Assembly: GCA_048887225.1 (NCBI GenBank)
Contig: JBHLJY010000009.1
Coordinates: 39,329-103,328 of the forward strand
Direction: 5' to 3'
Length of the DNA: 64,000 nt
Origin: Candidatus Hodarchaeota archaeon
Lineage (GTDB): Archaea; Asgardarchaeota; Lokiarchaeia; Sigyniarchaeales; SOKP01
A program made the position numbers and the translations under genes. Within the stretch, counting starts at the first letter, position 1. Every line of letters starts with the position of its first letter. Of this stretch, positions 1 through 10,384 are shown piece after piece. The notes under the pieces were generated by a model, which did not search any database, was not told where the DNA came from, and saw nothing but the letters and a program-made list of their open reading frames with translations.

Positions 1-1748
1 CCAATACCATTATCCTTAACCTCAAATAAGTAATGCATTACATCTTTTTTGGCAGAGATTTCAATCTTTCCACCTTTAGGAGTAAATTTAGTGGAATTGG
101 ATATTAAATTGGAAAATACTTGAAAAATTCGATTAGGATCAATGTTTATGAATATCTCATTATCTATATTCAAAACCATTTCGTGATCTTTTTCTTTAAA
201 AAGATAATTTAATTCATGTAAACACCTATAGATGATATTACTAACATTGGTTAATTCCAAATTTAACTTTATTTTATGGGATTCGATTTTCATAACATCT
301 AATAGTTGATTCATTAAAGTCTGTAAACGATCAATGTTTCTTTGAACGATCAATAAATCATTTTTAACATCAACACTCAATTCGTCTATATATTTAGTTA
401 AAATATAGTCTGTATACCCAGCAACAGAAATTAGAGGTGTTTTTAATTCGTGAGCCGCCATCGTAATAAAATCATCCTTCGCTTGATCTAATTTCTTTAA
501 TTCAATATTTTTTTCTTCTAACTCTTTAGTCCTGTCCCTAACTTTTTCTTCTAATTCTATATTTAAATTTCTTAATTCTTCTTCAGATTGTTTTATTCTT
601 AATTCTGCTTCTTTTCTTTCTGAAATATCATATGTTGTGCCGTAAAAACCAATTTTTTTGCCATTAGAATCGCGTTTTAAATAGATTGAGGCCTCAAATA
701 TGTGCCGTACTCCATCAGGTCTTACTGTTTCAAGTTCAATAATACCTTTTGGAAGATTTTTTCTATAAATTTCATTATAAGTTTTAAATATTCTTTTTCC
801 TGTTTCCTCATCAAAAAAATTTCTATAGTTTTTTCCAATAAATTCATCTTTTGAATATCCGAAATAATTAGCATGGAATTTATTTACGAAGGTATAATTT
901 CCTTTAAGATCTACCTCATAATACCCTTGTTCAAGTTTATCAAGAATTCCTCGATGCTTTTCTTCAGATTCTTTAAGTTTTTGCTCGGCTTCTTTTTTGT
1001 CCGTCACATCTCTTACTAAAATAATGAATCCTATTACAGTTCCATCCTCATCATAGTAATTTTTCGCCGAACATGAAAACCAAATATAATGCCCATCATG
1101 ATGTAGCGCTCGAAATTCAAAATCTCCAAAAGCACCAACGTCCCTATTTTTAATAGCATAAGACAAAATATCTTTTAAGTAGTCTATATCATCTGGATTA
1201 ACATCGGTCAATAATTGAGTTTCAACATTATATTCTTTCCCTACCATTTTGGATAATTGAGGAGAAATATATTTAAATTTTGCGTCAAGTCCTATTATAA
1301 CAATTGCATCTTTAGAATTTTCAATAATATTTCTATATTTTTGCTCGGATTCTTTTAATTTTTGCTCCAAAACGAATTTTTCAGTAACATCAAATACTGT
1401 ACCTTCAACTTCAAGTCTATTTTTTTCCTTATTTTTATATATATGTGAATGCGCTTGTAAAAAAATTGTCTCGCCATTTTTGTTTCTAGCACTGTGGATG
1501 AAACTCCTTAGTCTTCCCTTTTTAGTCATTTCTTTTTGGAATTTATTGTATTCTTTAATGCTTCCGAAGAAATCTTTCGCTGATAAGCCTACTAAACTTT
1601 CATCAAGTTCGAAACCTAATATTTTATTCACTGCTGGATTATGTTCTAATATTATTCCATTTATATCAGTCTTGAAATAACCAAGATCTAAATGTTTTAT
1701 TATTTGACGATATTTTTCCTCTGATCCCTTAATTTTTTGTTCTGTCAT
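1..1748 (-). CDS. Multi-PAS (three PAS) sensor histidine kinase, running off the window start
   Basis: Not in the ORF track because it has no stop in the window. Manual translation from ATG at 1748 gives MTEQKIKGSEEKYRQII. It has three SEE/QK(Y/H)R PAS linkers, H-box DDFITMAAHELKTPL and G1 box FEVKDNGIG at the edge. Confidence 0.93.
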   Translation of the reverse strand, partial: MTEQKIKGSEEKYRQIIKHLDLGYFKTDINGIILEHNPAVNKILGFELDESLVGLSAKDFFGSIKEYNKFQKEMTKKGRLRSFIHSARNKNGETIFLQAHSHIYKNKEKNRLEVEGTVFDVTEKFVLEQKLKESEQKYRNIIENSKDAIVIIGLDAKFKYISPQLSKMVGKEYNVETQLLTDVNPDDIDYLKDILSYAIKNRDVGAFGDFEFRALHHDGHYIWFSCSAKNYYDEDGTVIGFIILVRDVTDKKEAEQKLKESEEKHRGILDKLEQGYYEVDLKGNYTFVNKFHANYFGYSKDEFIGKNYRNFFDEETGKRIFKTYNEIYRKNLPKGIIELETVRPDGVRHIFEASIYLKRDSNGKKIGFYGTTYDISERKEAELRIKQSEEELRNLNIELEEKVRDRTKELEEKNIELKKLDQAKDDFITMAAHELKTPLISVAGYTDYILTKYIDELSVDVKNDLLIVQRNIDRLQTLMNQLLDVMKIESHKIKLNLELTNVSNIIYRCLHELNYLFKEKDHEMVLNIDNEIFINIDPNRIFQVFSNLISNSTKFTPKGGKIEISAKKDVMHYLFEVKDNGI

Positions 1749-1996
1749 TATTTTCACTTAATTAAAATTTTTTAAATTTATTTTATCATTATTAGAAAAC
1801 TGCAGAATTAATTTTAAAATTGAGCGATATTCAAAAATTAATATTTGATTCAACTAATTTCATCATATCATTAAAAATAAAAAAATCTATGTATAGACGA
1901 TATTACTGAAAAAGAAATAATAATATTAAAAAAAAAGAAGATTTTAAAAAAACCTAAAAAAAATAAATGATTTTTATTGGTTATTCCATAATAGGA

Positions 1997-2425
1997 TTAT
2001 TGCTCATCAAGCTCTTGTAAAGTCTCTGCTACAAATTGCAAATATTCGCCGTATGCCATTGTATCTTGAAGATTTCCTTCAATTTTAAGGTCACCAGACA
2101 TATAAGCGCTGGTACCATCAATTTCACCTGACATGAGGCCACTCATTGTATCCCAATTTGCTGACATTGTGAATGATGGGTCTGCACCTTCACCCTCACC
2201 ATAATCAAAGACACCATCTCCAATTTTAGCCCACCATTTAAAATCTTTGTCATCTATTACCATTTGCCCAACAAATTGATCAATATCTTCTAATTCTTCC
2301 TTTAAATCATCAATTTCAGCAGATGCCTGCTTCATGAGCTCAAAAATTTTCAACAGGTCCTTAGGCTCACCCAATCCTTCATCTCGCAATTTTCTTACTT
2401 CATTGGCTAATGCTTCATCAACCAT
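1997..2425 (-). CDS. SCP2 sterol/lipid-binding domain protein
   Basis: C-terminal GEIDGTSAYMSGDLKIEGNL is the SCP2 signature. Confidence 0.88.
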   Translation of the reverse strand: MVDEALANEVRKLRDEGLGEPKDLLKIFELMKQASAEIDDLKEELEDIDQFVGQMVIDDKDFKWWAKIGDGVFDYGEGEGADPSFTMSANWDTMSGLMSGEIDGTSAYMSGDLKIEGNLQDTMAYGEYLQFVAETLQELDEQ

Positions 2426-2600
2426 AAAATTTCAACTTTTTTTCTCTTATCTTTATTTTTTTAATCATTTGAATTAAATGATAATTAAAAATAACATTTT
2501 AGAATATTAAAAGGTTTTATTTTATTTGAAAAGTTAATTCAAATGATTATTTTAATATATTCAGAGTCAAGTTAATCATAAAGAAAAAAAGGTAATTTAT

Positions 2601-3821
2601 TTGGAAGATATAGAAAAAAAGATTTTAAATAAAATTGACAATATGAAGGATGAGATTGTAAAGTTTCACCAACAAATTGTACAGATTCCTTCCGAGAATC
2701 CTCCAAGAAAATATAAGGAGATTTCTAAATTTACAGAGAAAGCGTTTAAAGAATTAGGATTAAAAACTCAAGTTAAAAGAGATAATGTGATAGGGGAAAT
2801 AGGAAATGGAGACGATAAATCTCTAATATTATACGGTCATCTCGATACGATTGAGGCTTTTAAGGGATGGTCAAACGATCCATTTGGAGGTAAAATAATT
2901 AATGGAAAAATCTATGGTCGTGGTTCATCTGATGATAAATCCAGTGTAACAGCAGAGATCTTTGCTACTAAAGCATTACTTGAAGCAGGCGTTAAACTTA
3001 ATGGAGAATTAATCCTTACTGCTGTTATTGATGAGGAAACTGGTGGATTAAGAGGGGCTGATTTTTTATTAAGTAAGGGAATTCTAAAAGGGGACGCATG
3101 CTTATTAGGTGATGCACCATGTAATTATCCTTTTGGATATTGTGGTGGGGCAATGTATATAACATTTATAACTTATGGAAAACAAGCTCATGGATTGGGA
3201 TTTCCAGACTTGCCAGCTCCTTATCGTAGTAACTATTCAGGAATAAATGCCATCGAAAAAATGATTAAAATTATAAACTTCTTATTGAAATTAAAGGAGA
3301 CTTTTTTGAGAAAAGAGACTAAATATGCTCTACCAAAAGGCTGGAATGCTAAGGTTAGTAGTGTAAATTTAGCGGTAATTGATGGAGGTACGAAAATAAC
3401 TACAGTTCCCAATAGTTGTTTATTACATTGTAGTATTAATACAATTCCCGAACAGGATATTGAAAGTATTAAAACAAGAATTTTGAATTATGTGGAAGAT
3501 TTGAAAAAACAAGACCCAGATTTAGATATTACAGTCCAAATTCCTATTTCATTTGAACCACAAATTATTGATGAGAATTCCGATTTTGCCCTAGCTGTAA
3601 AAAAATCAACAGAAGTGGTATTTAATGAAGAGAGAGAATTTAAATTATTTTTGCCCTCAACAGATGCTCATTGGTTTCAGGAAAGAGGAATTGAAACTAT
3701 TTTAATAGGCGCTTCTCGACAGGATAATAACGTTCATGCTGAAAATGAATTTGTATATATTGAAGATTTAATAAACACAACTAAAATATTTGCCCTTACA
3801 GCGCTAAATTATCTAAAATAA
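2601..3821 (+). CDS. M20 family metallopeptidase/deacylase (ArgE/DapE-like)
   Basis: Motifs GHLDT, GRGSSDDK, DEETGG and C-terminal VHAENE. Confidence 0.92.
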   Translation: MEDIEKKILNKIDNMKDEIVKFHQQIVQIPSENPPRKYKEISKFTEKAFKELGLKTQVKRDNVIGEIGNGDDKSLILYGHLDTIEAFKGWSNDPFGGKIINGKIYGRGSSDDKSSVTAEIFATKALLEAGVKLNGELILTAVIDEETGGLRGADFLLSKGILKGDACLLGDAPCNYPFGYCGGAMYITFITYGKQAHGLGFPDLPAPYRSNYSGINAIEKMIKIINFLLKLKETFLRKETKYALPKGWNAKVSSVNLAVIDGGTKITTVPNSCLLHCSINTIPEQDIESIKTRILNYVEDLKKQDPDLDITVQIPISFEPQIIDENSDFALAVKKSTEVVFNEEREFKLFLPSTDAHWFQERGIETILIGASRQDNNVHAENEFVYIEDLINTTKIFALTALNYLK

Positions 3822-3848
3822 ACTAATCTCTTAATTTTATATTCTAAA

Positions 3849-4463
3849 ATGGAAAATGTAGAACCTTCATTTGAGATTGATGATAAAGGTCGAGTAATTT
3901 GTAAGAAACATTCAAAATACGAATATTTCATTGAACCTAAAGACCATTTTCAAGAGTTGTATTTAGATTTTGAATTAACTTGTAAGACATGTTCTTATTA
4001 TAAAAATGACAACTGTTATTTTTCCAGATCAAGAATAGACGATATTGAATATAAAAGGCAAAAGAAAAAAAAATTGTTTTTATGTAAATTATGCGGCAGA
4101 AAAATTGATCGAATGTTAACAGTCATCCATAAAATATTTTATAAAGAAATTTACGATGTAGATTTACCTTTAATTTGCTGCGATTGCTATGAAAAAATAA
4201 ATAATAATGAGTTTCTATCATATAGTAAGAAGATGACAGAGTTTTACATTCTTAATATAATCCTCTCAATATATTTTATCTGTTTATTTGCTTTTTTCTT
4301 ATCAATATTAGAAGTTCAACCCATATTATATTACACATTAATTGTACCATTATTTTCATTTGTAAGTTTCATTTTCATTTTTATAATTGTTAAATGTATA
4401 AAGAAATTGCGATATTTCATTTTTGGAATAAAATATTTCAAGAAGCATTTTAATTTCAAATGA
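3849..4463 (+). CDS. Hypothetical Cys-rich (probably Zn-binding) protein with two C-terminal TM helices
   Basis: CKKH, CKTC, CKLC and CCDC motifs, then two hydrophobic segments. Confidence 0.7.
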   Translation: MENVEPSFEIDDKGRVICKKHSKYEYFIEPKDHFQELYLDFELTCKTCSYYKNDNCYFSRSRIDDIEYKRQKKKKLFLCKLCGRKIDRMLTVIHKIFYKEIYDVDLPLICCDCYEKINNNEFLSYSKKMTEFYILNIILSIYFICLFAFFLSILEVQPILYYTLIVPLFSFVSFIFIFIIVKCIKKLRYFIFGIKYFKKHFNFK

Positions 4464-4476
4464 AAAACTTATATAT

Positions 4477-5586
4477 CTAACCTAGAGTACCAGCCCAACC
4501 TCTTACAAGTTTGCGCATTTTTTCTTGTCTAGAGATTATTTCTCCTAATTGCTTTTTGGATTTATTGGTCAAGTTGACAATTTCAGGTACGAAATTATAA
4601 TGAATTAAATAATCTTTGCACTGTTTTGAAATTAATCCATTTGAAATTTTTTGAGGATTATTTTTAAAATTGGAGTATTCCGCTTCCCAACTTTCTAAAA
4701 AATGTTCAATATCGCTCTTTGATTCGAAAACAGGTAAAACACCTAGGTTATTTGGTGTAGTTACTGCTACATTAGCGCGTTCAGCACTAAATCTATTTCC
4801 GTTGAATGAAACCGCAATCCCTCCCTCATCATTTAATCTTTGAAGCATATTAATATCTGTAATCGAATCACCTAAAGCAATCATATCTGATATAGGTACA
4901 TTTGTTCTTTTTGTTATATCCTCTATTGCTAATTCTTTTCTTTTACCTCCTCTTACCCTTACATGATTCATTACTTTAATATAATCAGTTTCTCCTCCTT
5001 TCCAAAAGAAATTATTTAGATCCTCTATAACTACTTCTAGCTTTTTTTTATTATTAAGATATTTTTTAAAAATTTTTTTTACTAGGATATTTACTGAATC
5101 TTCTATATTTGATACACCTGCTTTTAATTGTTCAATGTCTAAATCAGTACAGTATACGTGATCTTGAGGTATATTTAAAGAACCTGTAACTACATGAGCA
5201 AAATGTGTGTAACTAGTTGAAATGACATAAATATCCCAATTCTTTTTTAATTTTACCATCAAATCTTTACTGCCTGGGAGAAAACCGAGATTATTTTTAG
5301 CTATATTAATTAATTCTTTATCAGAAAAACAAGCAACATATAACGGGGCCATAATTCTTAGAGTGTCCCCAGGTTGATATTCTGGTATATTTAATGTGTC
5401 TTTAACACCAGGAGTATCGATTAAATAATCATCATAATTTGAAATCATAATAAAAAATTCGCCCATATTATAATTTTGGAGATGCAATTCAGGCTTTTCA
5501 TTTAACAATCGCCCAATCTCGGCTGCAAAATCTATGACTGATATTGGTCCTTCTAAATCCCAACAACAAACATTTTTTTTGCTCAT
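4477..5586 (-). CDS. HAD-superfamily hydrolase, EhaR/COG4030-like
   Basis: N-terminal WDLEGP(IS), ISTSY and GDSITDINML HAD motifs. Confidence 0.8.
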   Translation of the reverse strand: MSKKNVCCWDLEGPISVIDFAAEIGRLLNEKPELHLQNYNMGEFFIMISNYDDYLIDTPGVKDTLNIPEYQPGDTLRIMAPLYVACFSDKELINIAKNNLGFLPGSKDLMVKLKKNWDIYVISTSYTHFAHVVTGSLNIPQDHVYCTDLDIEQLKAGVSNIEDSVNILVKKIFKKYLNNKKKLEVVIEDLNNFFWKGGETDYIKVMNHVRVRGGKRKELAIEDITKRTNVPISDMIALGDSITDINMLQRLNDEGGIAVSFNGNRFSAERANVAVTTPNNLGVLPVFESKSDIEHFLESWEAEYSNFKNNPQKISNGLISKQCKDYLIHYNFVPEIVNLTNKSKKQLGEIISRQEKMRKLVRGWAGTLG

Positions 5587-5655
5587 AAAATTAAAAGGGA
5601 AAAGAAATCTTAATTAATTTACTTATTAAGAGTTTATTACAGGTTAACGTATAGA

Positions 5656-6141
5656 TTAACTTTTAAAGATCTCTTCGATTGTTTTTTCTTTTCTTTCTTT
5701 ATCAATAATATAGCGCCAATTTGGTTCTATAGCATCAAAAGCTTCTTCCGCTAATTTTTTCACTTCTTCATCATCACTGCTAAGAAATTGCCCTATATAT
5801 GATAATGCCCTCCTATCTTTTATTCTTATTAGAGACTCTATAATGTAAATTATTCGATATTTATCAAGGCTTCCTTGTTTTTTATCTTCTTCAAGTTTCT
5901 CAATAATCCGCATTGTCGCTCTGCCATCTCCAATTCTGCCCATTGCCTCAATTATCCGATTTTGTACCATCTTATCTTTTTCAGATCTTAGCGCACGACA
6001 AAGTAAATTGACCGCTCTTCCATCCTTCATTAAACCTAGTTCACGCGCAGCATCTGATCTTTTTTGCCAATCTTCACTATGAAATAATTGTTTTATTAAT
6101 GCATTGAATTCTCTGTTCTTTTCATGCCAAGATTCGGACAT
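5656..6141 (-). CDS. HEAT/PBS-lyase repeat protein
   Basis: Repeats RSDAARELGLMKDGRAV and IIEAMGRIGDGRA. Confidence 0.85.
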   Translation of the reverse strand: MSESWHEKNREFNALIKQLFHSEDWQKRSDAARELGLMKDGRAVNLLCRALRSEKDKMVQNRIIEAMGRIGDGRATMRIIEKLEEDKKQGSLDKYRIIYIIESLIRIKDRRALSYIGQFLSSDDEEVKKLAEEAFDAIEPNWRYIIDKERKEKTIEEIFKS

Positions 6142-6232
6142 AATTCAAGCTAAATATAGGTTTAATCTATTATAAATTAAGGAATATAAAATATAAAATC
6201 TATTAGATAAAAAGAGAAAAATACTTTTATTC

Positions 6233-7555
6233 TTATTTATTAAAAATCGAATTCATGTGATCTATTCTTTTTTGTAGTAATTTTAAAGTACCTATATCCT
6301 TTCTATGAAATAATTTGCCTTCGATGCATCCAACTCCTGATTCTGCTATTCGTTCCGCATCTTCTAAAGAACTAGCAATTCCTAATACACCCATAGCTCT
6401 TGAGGTTGTAGTATACACATTTTCACCTTCTCGGTAAACAGAAGCATAGTAGTATTTAGCTCCCGTTTTTTTTAATTTCTCTCTGTTTATCTTTACTAAT
6501 TCGTCCTTTTTCGGCGATATTGGATATCCCTCTGGTGCGAGGTATTTACAAACTGTAGCCTTTTTTTCGTATTCTACTTCGATATTTAGATTGCTATTAA
6601 TAATAGCCCAACATATTTCAACAAAATTAGTTTTTAAAAGTGGAAGGACGTTCATGGCTTCAGGATCGCCCATTCGAGCGTTAAATTCAATTAACTTTAT
6701 ACCATTAGTAGTTTTCATATATTGCCCATATAGAAATCCTTTATATTCAACGCCTGTTTCAGATTTTACCGCAGCAACAACTTTTTCCATGTCTTTAATC
6801 GCTTCATCAACATCTTTTTCATCAATAAAGGGTAATACGTGATCCTCCATAGAATAAGATCCCATTCCACCAGTATTTGGTCCTTCGTCATTTTCATAAG
6901 CTCTTTTATGATCTTGGACTAATGGTGAGCCGATTACCTTCTTTCCATCTACAAATGTTTGTAAGGTAAATTCCTCACCATTACATCTTTCTTCTAGTAA
7001 AAATCTATCTTTTTTTCTCACAAGCTCTTGGCAATAATCTATAATATCTTTCTTTGAAAACAGATGATCACCGTAAACTTTTACCCCTTTTCCACCCGTT
7101 AATCCCTCAGGTTTTACGACTATATTTTCTTCTCCCATATCTTTAATATAACTTTCTACCCCGTCCATTGAATCAAACCTTTTGCTTTTTACATTTGAGG
7201 GGATCTTATATTTTTCAAGTAAATTTCTTGTAAATATTTTAGATCCTTCTAATTGGGCCGCCTCTATTTTTGGACCAATACAAGGTATATTACTTTTTTC
7301 TAGAGCATCTACAATTCCTACGCATAAAGGTGCTTCTGGGCCGATAACTGTAAAGTCAATTTTTTTAGCTTTAGCAAATTCGATTATTTCTTTAAAATCA
7401 GTTTCAGAATGAATTTTTATTTTCCCTTCGCTTAAATCTTCTAATCCTGCATTCTTAAAACTCATAAAAGCAAATAAATTAGCGCCACTCTGAACTAGAG
7501 ATTCTCCAATTACGTGTTCTCTTGCTCCATGACCAACAATTAAGCAATTTACCAT
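6233..7555 (-). CDS. purD: Phosphoribosylamine--glycine ligase
   Basis: GHGAREH, GPEAPL, QDHKRAYENDEGPNTGGMGS and EFNARMGDPE. Confidence 0.97.
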   Translation of the reverse strand: MVNCLIVGHGAREHVIGESLVQSGANLFAFMSFKNAGLEDLSEGKIKIHSETDFKEIIEFAKAKKIDFTVIGPEAPLCVGIVDALEKSNIPCIGPKIEAAQLEGSKIFTRNLLEKYKIPSNVKSKRFDSMDGVESYIKDMGEENIVVKPEGLTGGKGVKVYGDHLFSKKDIIDYCQELVRKKDRFLLEERCNGEEFTLQTFVDGKKVIGSPLVQDHKRAYENDEGPNTGGMGSYSMEDHVLPFIDEKDVDEAIKDMEKVVAAVKSETGVEYKGFLYGQYMKTTNGIKLIEFNARMGDPEAMNVLPLLKTNFVEICWAIINSNLNIEVEYEKKATVCKYLAPEGYPISPKKDELVKINREKLKKTGAKYYYASVYREGENVYTTTSRAMGVLGIASSLEDAERIAESGVGCIEGKLFHRKDIGTLKLLQKRIDHMNSIFNK

Positions 7556-7714
7556 AAATTATCAACTTTGAAAAATTATAAATCTCAAATCTTCTAATTT
7601 AACTATTTTATTAAATAATTAAACACTAATTATTAACCAAGTAATTAATAGGAGGGTAAAGTCTTAGATTTAATCATTTTATTTAAGATAAGAATTCCGA
7701 AATCTTACATATTT

Positions 7715-8377
7715 TTATATGAAATAATATCTCTTTTTTAACCAATAAGGAAATAGATATAAGATAAGAATATCTGGATATCTTGTATCTCGATCACCAA
7801 AATTTTTATCTAAGTATAAAACAACAGAGTGAGGTTCATTATTGTTTTTACTTTTATGAACATAAGTAATGGGAGTTTTTGGTAATGTGGAATCTTCAAT
7901 TATTTTTTTTGGAACTGGTATATGAATAATTTCATTACATTTTTCACATTTAATTAAGACATATCTAATAGCTGAGGATTTTTTTGCCTCATCATTTTTT
8001 TCTTTTTTTGTTGAAATAATGACGTCGATTGTCTTTGGTAATATTATATTAAAATCGTGATCGACTTCAAATATTAGGCAATGTATATTATTGTCTTTTT
8101 TATTTTCATGAATATAATTAATAAGCACTTCTCTCTTTTTCAATTCTAAAACTGGTTTTATAGGAATCGAAATTAATACTTTTTTATTGCATCTTTTACA
8201 ATCTATAATTACGGTCTTAAATTCTTTAGAATCAACTTTTTTTATCTTATCTAATAATACTTCTGACAAGGTTGGTGAATCTAATGAAATTGAGGCTTCC
8301 TTACGAGGCGGTGGTACGGGAGGAGCATGAAACTCGTCAAATTCATTTAATTCTTCTCTTCTTTTTTTTTCATTCAT
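7715..8377 (-). CDS. Hypothetical protein with Pro-rich N-terminus and two tandem CxxC...H...H domains
   Basis: APPVPPPRK; CKRC...YIH...HCLIFEVD and CEKC...YVH...HSVVLYLD. Confidence 0.7.
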   Translation of the reverse strand: MNEKKRREELNEFDEFHAPPVPPPRKEASISLDSPTLSEVLLDKIKKVDSKEFKTVIIDCKRCNKKVLISIPIKPVLELKKREVLINYIHENKKDNNIHCLIFEVDHDFNIILPKTIDVIISTKKEKNDEAKKSSAIRYVLIKCEKCNEIIHIPVPKKIIEDSTLPKTPITYVHKSKNNNEPHSVVLYLDKNFGDRDTRYPDILILYLFPYWLKKRYYFI

Positions 8378-8590
8378 AATTAAAACTCGCCTCTTTAATT
8401 GTATTCAATATATTTAGGAATGAATCTATTTTAAAATTTAAATATTTTTTCTAATAAACAATACAATATTTACAATGAATAAAGAAATTAGCATTTTAAG
8501 GTTTATTTTATATTGAGTAAATTATAAATTATCTTTACAATTATCTTTCACGCACAAATGTATCAATAATATATTAGTTGTTGTATAAAA

Positions 8591-9733
8591 ATGTCAGAAG
8601 TAAAATATAAAAAAGCTGCTCAAGTAATTGTAAAAGCGGGATTATTACCTTTTCCCATTAATGACACACTCTTAGAAATCTTAAAGCTTTTAATCGAGGA
8701 GGATGAATTAGATTTTATTATGGCTTTTAAAAGAAAACGTTCCCAAACTATAGAAGAATTAAAAAAGAGTAGTAAAATGTCAGAAGAAGATATCTTAAAA
8801 AATGTAAAATCGTTAGCTAAAAAAGGAGTTATTTTTAATCAGCCTAGTTCTTCAGGCATTATGGTTTATAGGTTATTACCTTTAATGATGGTCGGGCCTT
8901 TTGAATATATCTTCATGCAAAAACTCAGCTATTCCGAAAGAGAAAAGAAGTTTGCTACTCTCTTTAAGAAATTATTTAATGAGGTTAAAGACTTTATTCA
9001 AGATCATTTAGATATGTTCACACCCATTTTTGAAAAGTTACCCCCTATTGATCGGACTGTAGCTCTCTTAGATAAAAACGTATCTGGAAATGAAATTCAG
9101 CTCTCTGTCAATGAGGAAGTTGAGGCCCCAATTGAACAAATAATCACTGCTCAGAAAATAGAAACATTAATAGAAAAGTTTGATGACATTGCCGTCGGGC
9201 ATTGTTTCTGCCGGCATCATAAAGATCTTTTGGGTCTTGGATGTAAAACAACTGATCTTAGAGAAAATTGTTTTGTTATGGGAAAATCTGCTCGATATAT
9301 TTCTGAACAAGGATTTGGACGAATTATATCAAAAGAGGAAGCATTAAAAATATTAAAAGATTCTGAGGAAGCAGGTTTAGTTCATAAAGCATTCCACACT
9401 CATGAAGATTTATCTAAAGATGAGACAAGTATTTGCAATTGTTGTGAGGACTGCTGTGCGACATTCGAGTTATGGAGAGAGGGAGTACTACCTCTTATTA
9501 ATGCAACAAATTATTTAGCAGGAGTAAATGAAGAATTGTGCATCGGATGCACAACATGTGTAGAAAAATGCCCAGTAAAAGCCATAGAATTAAATGATGA
9601 GAATAAAGCAGATGTAAACAAAGCTTACTGCATTGGATGTGGTATTTGCGCCCATTTTTGTCCTGAAGGAGCTATATCATTACTAGAGGGGATGAGAAAG
9701 GTTTATATTCCACCGCCAAAATTAAGAAGCTAA
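8591..9733 (+). CDS. Fe-S protein: N-terminal HTH-like region, Cys-rich middle, C-terminal 2x[4Fe-4S] ferredoxin domain
   Basis: CFCR, ICNCCEDCC, CIGCTTCVEKCP and CIGCGICAHFCP. Confidence 0.9.
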   Translation: MSEVKYKKAAQVIVKAGLLPFPINDTLLEILKLLIEEDELDFIMAFKRKRSQTIEELKKSSKMSEEDILKNVKSLAKKGVIFNQPSSSGIMVYRLLPLMMVGPFEYIFMQKLSYSEREKKFATLFKKLFNEVKDFIQDHLDMFTPIFEKLPPIDRTVALLDKNVSGNEIQLSVNEEVEAPIEQIITAQKIETLIEKFDDIAVGHCFCRHHKDLLGLGCKTTDLRENCFVMGKSARYISEQGFGRIISKEEALKILKDSEEAGLVHKAFHTHEDLSKDETSICNCCEDCCATFELWREGVLPLINATNYLAGVNEELCIGCTTCVEKCPVKAIELNDENKADVNKAYCIGCGICAHFCPEGAISLLEGMRKVYIPPPKLRS

Positions 9734-9769
9734 TTTTATATAAATCTTTTTTATTTTTTCTTTTAAATA

Positions 9770-10150
9770 TTAAAAATCTTTATTCTTTTCTATTCTTACA
9801 AAACATTCTGCCGCATATTCAAGATCTTCAAATTTTAATGGTTTTTCGAAAGAACGTAGTATTTCAGATATAAATTTCTCGCATAAACCTGAATTTAAAG
9901 TGCTTCCTCTTTTTTCAATTAATTGTTGTAGCTCATTAATAAAATTAAATTCTTTATTTACCTCGATTTCATCCGTAAGATTTGTTTCATGTTCCGCAAT
10001 TTTAATAGGTTTAATCAGAGCTTCTTCTTTTTCCATTGATACCTCCTCACTTGTTTTAGGAAGTGATTTTACTGAAATTTTTTTTGTGAACTTTATTTGG
10101 CTTGGAGATATGAATCTTTTCTTTTTTTCAGAATTGTTTTTTTCATCCAT
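9770..10150 (-). CDS. Hypothetical protein
   Basis: ATG start and typical charged composition; fills the gap between neighbours. Confidence 0.6.
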   Translation of the reverse strand: MDEKNNSEKKKRFISPSQIKFTKKISVKSLPKTSEEVSMEKEEALIKPIKIAEHETNLTDEIEVNKEFNFINELQQLIEKRGSTLNSGLCEKFISEILRSFEKPLKFEDLEYAAECFVRIEKNKDF

Positions 10151-10384
10151 TTTTCAGAGAGACCTATATTCTTTCTAATGATCGATGTTCACATACTCAA
10201 TAGAAATGTAAATTGATTTTAAATTTATTAGACAAAAATAAAATAATTACTTTCCTTAATAATCTTTTACACATGGATACATTTAATAACTTATTAAAAA
10301 ATAATAAAAAATATTTAAGTTTGTTATTATAATATTTTTAAGAACCTTTATCAGTAAATATCTGATCTTTGCGATTTCAAGAAT

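Noticed and set aside
1480-1680. 66-aa plus-strand ORF, and other short antisense ORFs in the track (6591, 7182, 9900, 11927, 15852, 17460, 19098, 21169, 22184, 25271, 26085, 26263, 35373, 40709, 44850, 45675, 46578, 47068, 48947, 54843, 55287, 56184, 58053, 58764, 59986, 60051, 61184, 62182, 63005)
   Set aside because: They lie wholly or largely antisense to well-supported genes and have the F/S/I-rich composition expected of shadow frames.
4477-5586. EhaR-like gene as evidence of an Eha hydrogenase
   Set aside because: No other hydrogenase subunits are nearby; the protein is a HAD-fold hydrolase.
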